A stretch of 64,000 bases of DNA, from assembly GCA_029258725.1 (NCBI GenBank), contig JAPDKE010000034.1, forward strand, positions 15,107-79,106, written 5' to 3'. Shown here one piece after another: positions 1 through 9,976 of this stretch (the stretch's first letter is position 1; each line of letters starts with the position of its first letter). The notes beneath the pieces are model-generated. The model saw nothing but the letters and a program-made list of their open reading frames with translations. It made no database searches and was not told where the DNA came from. Source of the DNA: a bacterium. Its GTDB lineage: Bacteria; Hydrothermota; UBA3072; JAPDKE01. The translations under genes were made by a program, and so were the position numbers.

Positions 1-255
1 AAACCCATATTACCTTCATGAAAATGTTATAAATGATGCCGTAAAAAAACATAATAAGGAGAGAAAAAGTCGCAATCATCCCCGAAACATAGATATCTCT
101 AACTTTACGATGTACAATCCACCATATTATTCCGGTAAAAGAAAGGAGAAGAGTCCATGGCAGAAATAACTCTACAGCACTAACAAAACGAATGTTCAAA
201 GAATAAAGGGAAAGAGGAAAGTAAATAGAAAAAAGAAGAGGATGATACACTCTTT

Positions 256-1632
256 TCATGTCTTCCCTTCCATTAGATACATTACTCTTGAAGAACCCGT
301 GAGCACTCTTTTTTCTTGAATCTCAAAGAAAGCGGAAAAGGCCCTTTCAAAATTTTCCATGCTGTACCATTCAAAGTTTTCTTTTTTTCTGGATAACAGA
401 AGTTTTACCCTTTCATCGTCCGGTGGAATAAACTCTATAATGAGATTTTTGCATATCCTTGAGAAAAATTGTGCCATTTTCCCAAAAGGAACATTGCAAC
501 CTATTGCAAGGTGGTGAACGAGAGCAAGAGCAAGGGCAGTATTACAGGGACCCCTTTCCATGAAAGATTCTCTTTCTTTGTTTTCCCATCCTATCCCGGG
601 GGATGGATTTGTGAGATCCATTACCAGAGGAAGAATATTTACTTCTTCCTTCTTTTTGCACTCCGTGTAGTTCAGCTCAACACAGACAGGGTCCATATCA
701 AAGGACACAGTGAAGACACCACAGGATGCAGATATCCTGCTGAATATTCCAACATTTGCACCCAGGTCCCATACGGTGGATGGGGAGAGTTTTTTAATCC
801 ATTCCTCAACCACTTTCTTTTTATCCTCAAAAGCCCCGGATGTATAACTCAGCTGTTCATAATACGATGACCAAACGCTTTTTTTAATTTTGGGTTTTAA
901 ACCCTCTACAATGCCTTGAAGTGCCTCAACAAGGCCATAAAGCGCATTTTTTCCTATTTTTCTTTCAGGCAGTTGAGACATTCCCATTTTCGTCTGTAAA
1001 CCTGCATGAAGGTGGATATGCGTGAAGATTCCGGGCCTGAATTTTGTTTTTGAAGGAAGAAGTGATGCCACGAAATCAAGAGGATATTCTTCATGGAAAA
1101 TGCGAAAAAGAGAAAGGGTCCTGAGGTCAGTGTATGCTGCAAGAACAAGAGGGGCAAGAAATCCCTGACAGAACTGCCGGTAAGCCCTCCAGGGTTCTCC
1201 GTCCCGATAGATTTCAAAGGAAAGTGTATCAATCAATACCGGTTTTCCTTTATAGAACTGGATATTATAAGGAGTTGCATCCTTTAAAACCATTCCATGG
1301 TTAAGCGCTGTTTTCTGTATTTTCAGGGTAATAAGAGCGGCATCTTTGAGCTGGGAAAAACACCACTCATAAGGATAGGAGGTAAAGGGTATTCTTTCAG
1401 GTTTTATTACTCTGTGTACCCGAGAGGGTTCAGGAGAGGGAACGTTAACTTCTTCATGAGGGATTAAGAGGTCTTCCTTAACGAGTTTTTTATAAAGACC
1501 CGATGAGATGAGATAATCGTAATGTTCCCTGTAGCATAAATTTACCTGCCTGTATAACTCTCCCTCATGAAAAAACACAAAACCGCATGGATCGCGATAA
1601 GAGGCAGGATGTTTACTGTTTTTCTTCTTCAT
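256..1632 (-). CDS. Class I SAM-dependent methyltransferase with an N-terminal extension domain
   Basis: 458-aa ORF. It has a glycine-rich SAM-binding motif (DLGANVGIFS) followed by an acidic residue pattern (SFDMD) typical of Rossmann-fold methyltransferases. The N-terminal block YRDPCGFVF...GELYRQV resembles NoeA/SAM-MTase N-domains. Confidence 0.55.
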   Translation of the reverse strand: MKKKNSKHPASYRDPCGFVFFHEGELYRQVNLCYREHYDYLISSGLYKKLVKEDLLIPHEEVNVPSPEPSRVHRVIKPERIPFTSYPYEWCFSQLKDAALITLKIQKTALNHGMVLKDATPYNIQFYKGKPVLIDTLSFEIYRDGEPWRAYRQFCQGFLAPLVLAAYTDLRTLSLFRIFHEEYPLDFVASLLPSKTKFRPGIFTHIHLHAGLQTKMGMSQLPERKIGKNALYGLVEALQGIVEGLKPKIKKSVWSSYYEQLSYTSGAFEDKKKVVEEWIKKLSPSTVWDLGANVGIFSRISASCGVFTVSFDMDPVCVELNYTECKKKEEVNILPLVMDLTNPSPGIGWENKERESFMERGPCNTALALALVHHLAIGCNVPFGKMAQFFSRICKNLIIEFIPPDDERVKLLLSRKKENFEWYSMENFERAFSAFFEIQEKRVLTGSSRVMYLMEGKT

Positions 1633-1785
1633 TGCCCTTTCTGAATGCCTTTTTTATCCTTTCCTTCAACCTTCTCCACGCCCCCTTTATCGTGAAAAGG
1701 GCGCCAAGTATAAAGGCAAGCAGAATTTGCAAAAGAAAACTCCCACTCCCAGGGTCTATGTATCCATGGATTAAGAAAAATCCCA
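1629..1785 (-). CDS. Small (52 aa) hydrophobic membrane peptide, translationally coupled (ATGA) to the downstream methyltransferase
   Basis: Not in the ORF track because it is under 60 aa. AAGGAG lies 6 nt before the ATG at 1785. It translates as MGFFLIHGYIDPGSGSFLLQILLAFILGALFTIKGAWRRLKERIKKAFRKGNE, one TM helix with a basic tail. Its stop TGA overlaps the ATG of the 256..1632 gene. Confidence 0.35.
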
Positions 1786-1835
1786 TTTTATCTCCTTTTT
1801 CAAAAAATAATAAACGAATTTCGTTATGTCAAGAC

Positions 1836-3908
1836 TCACTCTATTTCCACCCTTACAATCTCCTCAGGAATGCCTATGGATAAAGAGGGGGAGGAGAAGT
1901 TCTTAACGTGCCTTATGAGAGTCTTTCCGCTCCTGAGATGAACCTTTATAACCTCTCCGGGCAACATTCCTTCCACCCTGAGCCACCGTGCCTTACTTTC
2001 GTTCTTAAAAACCCTCACACCCTCTGAACTCCCCACAACCAGGTCAGGGTCTCCATCCCTGTCCAGGTCCCCACATGCAACACCCCATGAGTTATAAACC
2101 CTCACCCCGGCAGGATATGTGACATCGTAAAACTTTCCATTTCTGTTCTCATAAAGAAAAGACCTTCTTTTTGGATAAATGGACGTTATGTAAAGGTCCA
2201 GGTCTCCATCCCCGTCAAAATCCCAGAGCAGCGGAAAGGAGTGGGTTTCCTCATACTTTATCCCCAGTTCTTTTCTTCTATCCATGAATCTCCCATCTTC
2301 ATTTATATAAACCATCGTCATATTTGAAAACTCAATATACCTTGGATGTGCAAGATTTGCGGTTATCAGGTCAAAGTCCCCATCCCCATCCACATCCCCA
2401 AAATCACTTCCTATTGTATGCCCCCACCATCCATCAACCTCCTTTCCTGCCACCCCCATTTCCTCTGCCTTTTCTATAAGTTTTCCGTGTTCATTCACAA
2501 AAAAGAAATTTTCCTGGAGCCTGTAGTTGGACACATAAACATCAACATCTCCATCCATGTCGTAATCACACACCGTAACAGACCTTCCTGCACGCTCAGG
2601 GATATCAAGCGGAATTTCAACCCATCCACTGTCCGTGTTTAAAAACAGCCTGTCCCTGAAGTAAACGTGCCTGTTCCAGTTTTCATAGTTTGCAAGATAA
2701 ATCTCAAGGTCTCCATCCCCATCCAGGTCAAAGGCACCGCATCCCTCGGTGGGGAAGGTATCAGGGGGGAAGGGAACCTCCTGGAATCTCCCTCCCTCAT
2801 TTATAAAAAGCCTTTCCTTTTTCCCAAAAACAAAAAGGTCCTGGTCCCCATCCCCATCAACATCCAAGCACATTCCCTTTCCCTTAACCTCTGAAAAGCC
2901 AAGTTCTTCGGTCACATCAATAAATTCTTTACCCTTTACATTCTTAAAAATCCGTATTCCAGAAACCACCAGGTCATCAAATCCATCCCCGTCCATATCT
3001 CCAAGTGCAACCACCCCTCCTTTCACTCCTGAAAGTCCCATTTTTTCTGTAACATCCATAAACCTCATCCCGGTATAGTTCAATATTCGCCTTGCCTCCT
3101 CTATAGGGTTAGGAGAAAGCAATCTCATAAGGGAATCTGCCTTAAAGGTCCAGGTTCCTCTCATATCACCCTCAACCAGGGCAAGGGATAGATACCTTTT
3201 TGCACTCGCGGTGTCTCCCTTTTCAAGAAAAATCCTTGCCTTCGCAAAGTAAAGTCCTGCGTGGGTTCCGTAGTGATCGGGACCAAATTCTATTTTTAAT
3301 GCCTCTTCAATCACTGAATCCGCCTTGCCATACTCCTTTCTTTCAATGAGGAAAAGAGAAAGATAAAGCCTTTTATTTACTTCGAGTGATAGTGAATCCA
3401 TCCACCACTGGATGGAAGGATAGTTTTGTGGTCTTTTACCAGTGGAAAGAGAGCATGCAATCATGCTTTCTTTGTATCCTTCCTCAAATCTTCTGTGCTT
3501 GTAGAGATAAACCGAAAGAATGTAATGGGGGAGAGGGGAGTTTTTCTTTTCGCTTATCCATCTTCTTCCATACTCAAAGAGACCAGCAGTGTCCCCGGTC
3601 TCATCAAATGCATGCATGAGATAAAGATATGCCTTATCCCTCCAGAGTGTCCTTGGATACCTTGAAAGAAATCTCTCAAGCACCGGAATCCATGCCTTTT
3701 TATCCTTCCATACCGGATAGAGGGAATCGTAAAACTCCTCACCTATGAGCTCGTACCCCTCTGGAGAGGTGGGGTACTTTTCCTTTATCACCGGGGCAAG
3801 TTTTTTCATGGTTAAAGTATCCCCCTTCTCCTCCGCTTCCCGGTATAAATCAGGAGGAGACCTCAAAAAGGGAACACATGCAAGGAAAAGATAAAAAATC
3901 CACCTCAT
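1836..3908 (-). CDS. CRTAC1/ASPIC-UnbV family protein: signal peptide, TPR-like N-region and FG-GAP repeats
   Basis: 690-aa ORF. The hydrophobic N-terminus (MRWIFYLFLACVPFL) is followed by repeated D.DGDGD.D.(LV) calcium-binding FG-GAP motifs (DMDGDGFDDL, DVDGDGDQDL, DLDGDGDLEI, DVDGDGDFDL, DFDGDGDLDL, DLDRDGDPDL) on the 20..3 end of the CDS. Confidence 0.75.
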   Translation of the reverse strand: MRWIFYLFLACVPFLRSPPDLYREAEEKGDTLTMKKLAPVIKEKYPTSPEGYELIGEEFYDSLYPVWKDKKAWIPVLERFLSRYPRTLWRDKAYLYLMHAFDETGDTAGLFEYGRRWISEKKNSPLPHYILSVYLYKHRRFEEGYKESMIACSLSTGKRPQNYPSIQWWMDSLSLEVNKRLYLSLFLIERKEYGKADSVIEEALKIEFGPDHYGTHAGLYFAKARIFLEKGDTASAKRYLSLALVEGDMRGTWTFKADSLMRLLSPNPIEEARRILNYTGMRFMDVTEKMGLSGVKGGVVALGDMDGDGFDDLVVSGIRIFKNVKGKEFIDVTEELGFSEVKGKGMCLDVDGDGDQDLFVFGKKERLFINEGGRFQEVPFPPDTFPTEGCGAFDLDGDGDLEIYLANYENWNRHVYFRDRLFLNTDSGWVEIPLDIPERAGRSVTVCDYDMDGDVDVYVSNYRLQENFFFVNEHGKLIEKAEEMGVAGKEVDGWWGHTIGSDFGDVDGDGDFDLITANLAHPRYIEFSNMTMVYINEDGRFMDRRKELGIKYEETHSFPLLWDFDGDGDLDLYITSIYPKRRSFLYENRNGKFYDVTYPAGVRVYNSWGVACGDLDRDGDPDLVVGSSEGVRVFKNESKARWLRVEGMLPGEVIKVHLRSGKTLIRHVKNFSSPSLSIGIPEEIVRVEIE

Positions 3909-4816
3909 TGGCCAAGCATGTTTTCGATCCTTTCAAGTTCCTGATGGACCCTTGACCGGGGAACTTCCGGTGTTTTTATCTCAAATGTCTGAAATCTCAG
4001 GAAAAGAGAGGCAGCAAATATAATCCCTGCAAGAATATTCATTATTACTTCCACGGGAATCCTTATCTTCTTCCTCTTTTTCTCCTTTTTCTTCTCCTCC
4101 TTTTTCTTTTTCCCCTTTTTCCTTACAGCACCCATTTCAAGCAGGTTATAAATCGCCTGATAGGTCCTGAACTTTCCGAGTCCGCTTGTTTCAACCAGTT
4201 CCTCAAGACTCTTTTCTCCATCTATCATTGAAAGTATCTTTTCCTCCTCAGGACCCATCTCAACCGAGACAGCCGGTTTTTCGGTCTTTTCAAACACCTC
4301 TTTCGGGTCATTCAGGGTTGCCTGTATTCTGGGCCATTCATCAATTCTCCTCATTCCCTCAAGCAGGAGAGCATTCGGGTCAACCGAAACCTTAAACCTG
4401 CTCTTTACGTAAAGTGCCTTTCCGGGTTCAAACCTGTACTTCCCCTCCTTCCACAAAAGAACTTCATCCACTATCTCCTGAATTTTGAAGTAAATAACCT
4501 CTTCAAGTTCCTGGTGCGTGAGTATTCCTTCCCTGAGCAAAATCTCATCAATTGGAATCTTTGTTTCTTCCGCCTTTTTCTTTATCTCATTGAACTTTTC
4601 TTTTGTTATTTTTCCCGATTTTACAAGATACTCTTCAAGAGGAAGCTCCACCCCTCCCTTGCCTGCAACTGCCGCAGTTATCCTTCCTTCCTCAAAGGAA
4701 AGGGAAATCGTATCACCCTTTGAGTAAAAGGTTAAAACCCCTGTTGACTGGTTCAGGGCAACAAACTGGATGACCTCTGCTGCACCAAATGCCTTCAGGT
4801 TTCCTTCAAAAGCCAT
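3905..4816 (-). CDS. DUF4388 (PATAN-like) domain protein with a Lys-rich linker and a C-terminal TM segment
   Basis: 303-aa ORF. The N-terminal GNLKAFGAAEVIQFVALNQSTGVLTF motif is characteristic of DUF4388. It carries a KKGKKKKEEKKKEKKRKK low-complexity stretch and a terminal hydrophobic helix. It overlaps its neighbours by 4 and 22 nt. Confidence 0.5.
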   Translation of the reverse strand: MAFEGNLKAFGAAEVIQFVALNQSTGVLTFYSKGDTISLSFEEGRITAAVAGKGGVELPLEEYLVKSGKITKEKFNEIKKKAEETKIPIDEILLREGILTHQELEEVIYFKIQEIVDEVLLWKEGKYRFEPGKALYVKSRFKVSVDPNALLLEGMRRIDEWPRIQATLNDPKEVFEKTEKPAVSVEMGPEEEKILSMIDGEKSLEELVETSGLGKFRTYQAIYNLLEMGAVRKKGKKKKEEKKKEKKRKKIRIPVEVIMNILAGIIFAASLFLRFQTFEIKTPEVPRSRVHQELERIENMLGQ

Positions 4817-6756
4817 TTTTTACCCTCCCATATGGTTACATGGACAAGATAGATATAGAAAAGTCCTGTAATGATGTAGAGAACGAGGTTTCCAACATAA
4901 GGAGGAACAGGTCTTGCAAACGGTTCAGGAAGGAAGAGATATTTTGAAAGAAAGGCGGAAAGAAGCAGGGAAAAGACGAAGACATAAACCACAGCCCTTC
5001 CCTTTTTCTCAAGGATGTAAAATCCGGTCCCTGGAAGCAGAAGATTCAACAGGAGTGCCTTCCATATAAAAAGCTCCCTTCTCTTCATCCTTATCTTTCT
5101 CTTTAATCTTTCCCTTATCCCCTTTGACTTGGTTGCGATGAGTTTTGTATAGCATCTTGTACACACTTCAAGGTCATCTATCCCTCTTTTCTTTTTGAAA
5201 ACAGGAGAGAGGCAGAGAGAGCACCTCTTTTCTTCAAAACTTTTAAAGAAGAAAGAAAGAGCAAAGATAAGGATGGGGAAGAGGAAAAAGACAAAAAGGG
5301 AAAGGTTGAAAATGGTGGATGGAATGTAAAAGGATGAGAAAAGCCTCCTCAAAACTTCCCCTTTCCCTGGTCCCATATCAACCGGCAGAGGATTTTCCTT
5401 TATCTGAATCTCGGTAAGAGAATAGTCTATTCCTGTTGCTATCTTCATCTCTTTCCGTGCATTTTCAAACATGAGTTTCTTGAGGTAAACAAGTCCAAGG
5501 TTAAAATGAGGTTCAGCCCTGTGGGGAGCAAGTTCTGCTGCCTTTGAATAGTAATAGAATGCACTATCATACTCCTGCCATATGTAGAATATGCTCCCGG
5601 TATTGTTGTAAAAGTGCGCTGCATGGGAGGAGTTGTAGCCCCTTCTGTAAATCTTGAGTGCCTCCTCAAATCTTTTTTCCTTTTTGAGTGAATTACCGTA
5701 TGCAAGGAGATAAACAGGGTCCTTTTCGTATCTTTTATCAATCACAAGTGGAGAGTATGGTTCAAGTTCAAGAGTTATTATGGAATGAACCCTTCCCCCC
5801 TCACTTCCCTCTATCTCAAAAGTTTTATCCACGGAAAGCAGAAAAGGAAGAAGGAATACAAAGGAAAGCGGGAGAATGAGATACCCTCTTTCAGAGCGGG
5901 GAGAGAAGAAGAAAACCAGGAATATAAGGACAAATAGGGAAAGAAGGGGATGGAGCCACACCACAAGAGAAAGCAAAAGAAAAGAGACCATGAAGCGTGT
6001 TAAAGGAGTTTTTTCCTCAAGAAAAACAGAGAGGTTTGGAAGGTTTCTTGAAAGAAAGTAAAGTATGAAGGAGAGGGAAAGAAGGGAGAGGAAGAGAATG
6101 AGTATGCGGTAAGAAAAATGAAAAAGATAGGGGAGGTTGGGGAAGAGGAAAAGGGAAAAGAAGTATCTCATAAGCCAGTTGAATCCCTCCCTTTTATCCC
6201 TGAAGAATGTAACCTTTGCAAGCTTGAGAATAAGGGACCTGCGGTAAGGGTCCAGTTCGTGTGAGAAAAGGTAGTCTCTTATTCCCTCTTCCTCCATTCC
6301 GAGTTTAATCAAACTGTCTCCCTCGTTCTCGTAAAAGAGAGAAAGCAGACAGAACTTCTCATTACCCTTTTTTCTCAATATCTCAATAATTTTCTTTCTC
6401 GTTCTTTCCTTCCAGGTATCAAGTCCGGAGGAGTTGAAGATTCTTTCGAGCAGGAAAAGGCTCCCAAAGTCCCTGGAATACTCTATCGCCTTTCGGTAAT
6501 ATTCTGAGGCAATCTCAGGCTTTTTCATGTACCGGTATGCCTCCCCAATTGCAAGATAGATATAAGGATTGAAGGTGGGAAGATGCCGGGTGTAGGTCTT
6601 TACCACATCCTCCAGGTCAATTGCAGGGAGGTATCCCTTTCCATCCAGGACTTCACCAAAGGATGGATAGATACGCTTTGTGTCCTCCCACTGAGCAAGA
6701 GCCCGGTCAAGCTGAACCAGAAAACCACTGAAGATAAAAACAATCATTCCAGCCAC
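4795..6756 (-). CDS. Polytopic membrane protein with TPR repeats and an internal C4 zinc-ribbon
   Basis: 653-aa ORF. It has several long hydrophobic segments, TPR-like YY..A/Y.KA motifs, and CSLC...CTRC (Cx2C-x17-Cx2C). Confidence 0.5.
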   Translation of the reverse strand: MAGMIVFIFSGFLVQLDRALAQWEDTKRIYPSFGEVLDGKGYLPAIDLEDVVKTYTRHLPTFNPYIYLAIGEAYRYMKKPEIASEYYRKAIEYSRDFGSLFLLERIFNSSGLDTWKERTRKKIIEILRKKGNEKFCLLSLFYENEGDSLIKLGMEEEGIRDYLFSHELDPYRRSLILKLAKVTFFRDKREGFNWLMRYFFSLFLFPNLPYLFHFSYRILILFLSLLSLSFILYFLSRNLPNLSVFLEEKTPLTRFMVSFLLLSLVVWLHPLLSLFVLIFLVFFFSPRSERGYLILPLSFVFLLPFLLSVDKTFEIEGSEGGRVHSIITLELEPYSPLVIDKRYEKDPVYLLAYGNSLKKEKRFEEALKIYRRGYNSSHAAHFYNNTGSIFYIWQEYDSAFYYYSKAAELAPHRAEPHFNLGLVYLKKLMFENARKEMKIATGIDYSLTEIQIKENPLPVDMGPGKGEVLRRLFSSFYIPSTIFNLSLFVFFLFPILIFALSFFFKSFEEKRCSLCLSPVFKKKRGIDDLEVCTRCYTKLIATKSKGIRERLKRKIRMKRRELFIWKALLLNLLLPGTGFYILEKKGRAVVYVFVFSLLLSAFLSKYLFLPEPFARPVPPYVGNLVLYIITGLFYIYLVHVTIWEGKKWLLKET

Positions 6757-7412
6757 ACCCTGTCGTAATCTATCATTATTCTTTCTCTTCCAGCCTCTAT
6801 TTTAAAAGAGAAAGGAAAGTAGCCTCTTTCAGTCTTTCTGTAATTCCTGAGTTCCACATTTATCGTAAGTCTTCTTGTTTTCACAATCAGTTTTGAAGGC
6901 AAAAACTCCCGATTGACACAAACATCAAGGGAGGGTGAAAGTAACCAGTATCCATTTTCACCCGCTATACATTCACCCTCAGGTAACTCCATCTTTCCCG
7001 CTATTATAGATGCAAGTCTTTCCTTCCCGAGTTCTCTCACTATCTCAAGGGTATCTATGGAAATATACTTTTTTTCTCTTGTGAGATAAACATAGGCAGA
7101 ATCATGGGAGATTTTAAGTCTCGCTCCCACTATTCCCAGAAATCCTTTAAGTTCTCCCTCAAGCAGGAAGGGGTTTTCCCGGTAACGTATGCTCCCGTAT
7201 GCACTTATCCTTATCCCTCCTTTCCATACTATTTTCCCGTGTCCCTCCATCCCTGAGAAAACTGCAAGTTTTTCCTTTACTCTTCTTCTCACCTCTTCCC
7301 CAGAAAGTGAGGGAATCACGGTTTTCCGGGGAGCACATGCGAGGAGCAGAAGGAAAACGAGAGCAATTCTTGACATCACCTGAAAATTATGATAAAAGAA
7401 TTCCCGTGTCAA
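6744..7412 (-). CDS. Lipoprotein, LolB-like / DUF4292 outer-membrane lipoprotein-sorting fold
   Basis: 222-aa ORF. Signal peptide with lipobox LLLACAP. Size and composition fit LolB/DUF4292-type proteins. Confidence 0.4.
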   Translation of the reverse strand: MTREFFYHNFQVMSRIALVFLLLLACAPRKTVIPSLSGEEVRRRVKEKLAVFSGMEGHGKIVWKGGIRISAYGSIRYRENPFLLEGELKGFLGIVGARLKISHDSAYVYLTREKKYISIDTLEIVRELGKERLASIIAGKMELPEGECIAGENGYWLLSPSLDVCVNREFLPSKLIVKTRRLTINVELRNYRKTERGYFPFSFKIEAGRERIMIDYDRVWLE

Positions 7413-7858
7413 GAGGAAAAATCATCGTGGTTGCAACAAACAGAAAGGCTTACCGGGATTATCACATAATAAAGACCTTTGAGGCAGGGATTGTGTTGCT
7501 GGGAAACGAGGTGAAATCCCTGAGACAGCGCAAGGTGGGGATGAAGGATGCCTATGCAAAGGTGGTGAATGGGGAGGTGTGGTTATACAACCTTCACATA
7601 TCCCCATATGAGAAGGAATGCATTCACACAGACCCTGAAAGACCAAGGAAACTTCTGCTTCACAAGTCCGAGATAAAGAGGCTTTACGGTATGGTAAGTG
7701 AAAAAGGGTACACCCTTATCCCCCTGAAAATATACTTCAACGAAAGGGGAGTGGCAAAGGTTGAACTTGCGGTGGCAAAGGGTAAAAAGCAGTACGAAAA
7801 GAAAGAGGAACTCAAGAGAAGGATTATGGAAAGAGAGATGAAGGAGGAGGGATGGTAA
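7406..7858 (+). CDS. smpB: SsrA-binding protein SmpB
   Basis: Conserved SmpB core (VATNRKAYRDYHII..FEAGIVLLGNEVKSLR...KLLLHKSEI). The track ORF begins at 7199 but overlaps the convergent gene. The likely start is GTG at 7406, giving an N-terminus of M/V-SRGKIIVVATN. An alternative start is ATG at 7337. Confidence 0.8.
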   Translation: MSRGKIIVVATNRKAYRDYHIIKTFEAGIVLLGNEVKSLRQRKVGMKDAYAKVVNGEVWLYNLHISPYEKECIHTDPERPRKLLLHKSEIKRLYGMVSEKGYTLIPLKIYFNERGVAKVELAVAKGKKQYEKKEELKRRIMEREMKEEGW

Positions 7859-9195
7859 CGCTTCTTTTATCCCTTGTCATAATCTATCAGGGGGAAAGAT
7901 ACGAAATTCCTGAGGTTTCCGGATATGTGAATGTTGCGGACCTTCAGGAGGTGATAGGATTTTCGACCCGGTGGGATAGAGAAAAGAAGTTCCTTTACAT
8001 AAAGAAGAATATGGAGTTAAAACTCATGCCCGACAATACATTTTTTGAGGCAGGGAAAGAAGTTTATCAATTATCAAAACCCATGAAACTCATAGAAGGA
8101 AAACTCATGCTTCACCGTGAAACCCTTCCGGAATTGCTTTCCCTTCTTACAGGGGAGGAGTTTTTTGAGAAAGGGGGGACCATTTATGCAGGAAGAAATG
8201 TTAATGTGCTTGGGGTGGATATTGAGGAGAAGAAGGGTGTAACAAAGGTGAAAATAAAAATCAAGGGGAACCTCAGGTTTTACTATGAGGGGAAGGATAC
8301 CCTGTGGAAACTTACAATTTTTGATGCTGTCCCCACTCCCGGGATGGTTCTTATACCAAAAGGATTTGTTAAAAAGGTAAAAATGGAAGAAAAGGAGAAC
8401 TACATTCTTTTCACATTTGTAATAAAGGACGGGAATAAGGATGTGGACGTAAGGAAGGATAAGGATGCGATAATTTTTGAGGTAAAAGAGAGAGAAAAAA
8501 GGGAAATAAAAACCATTGTGATAGATGCAGGACATGGAGGGAAGGACCCCGGGGCAATAGGTCCTTCTGGATTGAAGGAAAAATACGTTACACTTGATGT
8601 TGCAAAAAAACTTGCCGCAATTTTGAAAAGAAAAGGATTTAACATCATAATGACACGAACGGATGATACCTTTATTCCTCTCAAAGAAAGAACAAGGATA
8701 GCGGATGAGGCAAGGGCTGACCTTTTTATAAGCATTCACTGCAATGCAGTTCCAAAAAGAAAAAAGAAAGAAGTAAAGAAAGGGGTTGAGGTTTACTTTC
8801 TTTCTGCAGCAAAGACCGACTGGGAGCGTGCAGTTGAGGCAAGGGAGAACTCTTCCATAGAGTTTGAAAAAACAAATTCCGTCCCTGTCCCTGAACTTGA
8901 ATACATACTCTGGGACCTTGCACAGAACATATTTCTTGAGGAATCAAGTGAGCTTGCAATTGCAATACAGGAAGAACTCTGCAAGACCACAGGACTTTAC
9001 AACAGGGGAGTGAAACAGGCAAACTTCTATGTTTTAAGGCTCAACTACATGCCTGCGGTTCTTGTGGAAATAGGATTTATATCAAATCCGCACGAGGAAA
9101 AGTTGCTCAAATCTTCCTCTTTTAGAGAAAAAATTGCAGAAGGAATAGCAAGGGGAATTGAAAGATTCGTAAGGGAGTATGAGAAAAAGTACTGA
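7852..9195 (+). CDS. amiC: N-acetylmuramoyl-L-alanine amidase (Amidase_3, AmiA/B/C family) with an N-terminal AMIN-like domain
   Basis: Catalytic core IVIDAGHGGKDPGAIG ... FISIHCNA ... matches the Amidase_3 zinc-binding motifs. Confidence 0.85.
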   Translation: MVTLLLSLVIIYQGERYEIPEVSGYVNVADLQEVIGFSTRWDREKKFLYIKKNMELKLMPDNTFFEAGKEVYQLSKPMKLIEGKLMLHRETLPELLSLLTGEEFFEKGGTIYAGRNVNVLGVDIEEKKGVTKVKIKIKGNLRFYYEGKDTLWKLTIFDAVPTPGMVLIPKGFVKKVKMEEKENYILFTFVIKDGNKDVDVRKDKDAIIFEVKEREKREIKTIVIDAGHGGKDPGAIGPSGLKEKYVTLDVAKKLAAILKRKGFNIIMTRTDDTFIPLKERTRIADEARADLFISIHCNAVPKRKKKEVKKGVEVYFLSAAKTDWERAVEARENSSIEFEKTNSVPVPELEYILWDLAQNIFLEESSELAIAIQEELCKTTGLYNRGVKQANFYVLRLNYMPAVLVEIGFISNPHEEKLLKSSSFREKIAEGIARGIERFVREYEKKY

Positions 9196-9976
9196 TCCTA
9201 TTGGAGTATTTGACTCAGGAATAGGTGGATTAACCGTTGTAAGGGAGATAATGCGGGAACTGCCGGATGAGAGCATTATTTACTTTGGTGATACCGCACG
9301 GGTTCCGTATGGAACAAAGTCAAAGGAAACGATAGAGAAATTTGCGGTGGAGGATGTTGAGTTTTTACTGAAATTCAATGTAAAAATCATCGTGAGTGCA
9401 TGTTTCACGGTTTCTTCCAATGCAATGGATGTTCTGAGGGGGAAGTTCAACATCCCCATTTTCGACATGATAGAGCCAGGTGTGAGGGCTGTGAAGAGGA
9501 CGGGAAAGAGAAGGATAGGAATTATAGGCACATACGCAACGATTGAGAGCAGGGCTTATGAAAAAAGGATAAGGGAGGAAGTGCCGGATGCGGAGATATT
9601 CACCCGGCCTGCCCCTTTATTCGTTCCACTCGCAGAGGAGGGGAAAACACGGGGGAAGATTGCAGAGCTTGTTGTAGAGGAGTATTTAAAAGAACTGAAA
9701 GGGAGGGTGGAAGTTCTCGTTCTTGGATGCACCCATTATCCACTGCTTAAGGAAACGATAAAGGATTTTATGGAGGAGGTTATTCTCGTGGAACCGGGGA
9801 AGGAGGTTGCGGGAATGCTCAAAGAATACCTGGGAAAAGAAGGATTGTTATCCTCAGGACCTCCCCGGTATTCCTTTTATCTTTCTGATATTCCGCGGAA
9901 ATTCGGAGAGATAGGGGAGAGATTCCTTGGAAGAAAACTTGAGGGAATAAGGGTTGTGAGGGAGTGGATTACCTGA
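9179..9976 (+). CDS. murI: Glutamate racemase
   Basis: IGVFDSGIGGLTVVREI N-terminal motif, the two catalytic-Cys regions (SACFTVSSNA, LGCTHYP), 265 aa. Confidence 0.9.
   Translation: MRKSTDPIGVFDSGIGGLTVVREIMRELPDESIIYFGDTARVPYGTKSKETIEKFAVEDVEFLLKFNVKIIVSACFTVSSNAMDVLRGKFNIPIFDMIEPGVRAVKRTGKRRIGIIGTYATIESRAYEKRIREEVPDAEIFTRPAPLFVPLAEEGKTRGKIAELVVEEYLKELKGRVEVLVLGCTHYPLLKETIKDFMEEVILVEPGKEVAGMLKEYLGKEGLLSSGPPRYSFYLSDIPRKFGEIGERFLGRKLEGIRVVREWIT

Noticed and set aside
1587-1883. 98-aa plus-strand ORF in the methyltransferase/FG-GAP intergenic region
   Set aside because: It overlaps the better-supported minus-strand 52-aa membrane peptide (RBS plus ATGA coupling) and the end of the FG-GAP gene, and has no RBS.
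7199-7405. Upstream extension of the smpB ORF to 7199
   Set aside because: The extension overlaps the convergent lipoprotein gene and encodes non-conserved hydrophobic sequence. The conserved SmpB N-terminus begins at the GTG at 7406.
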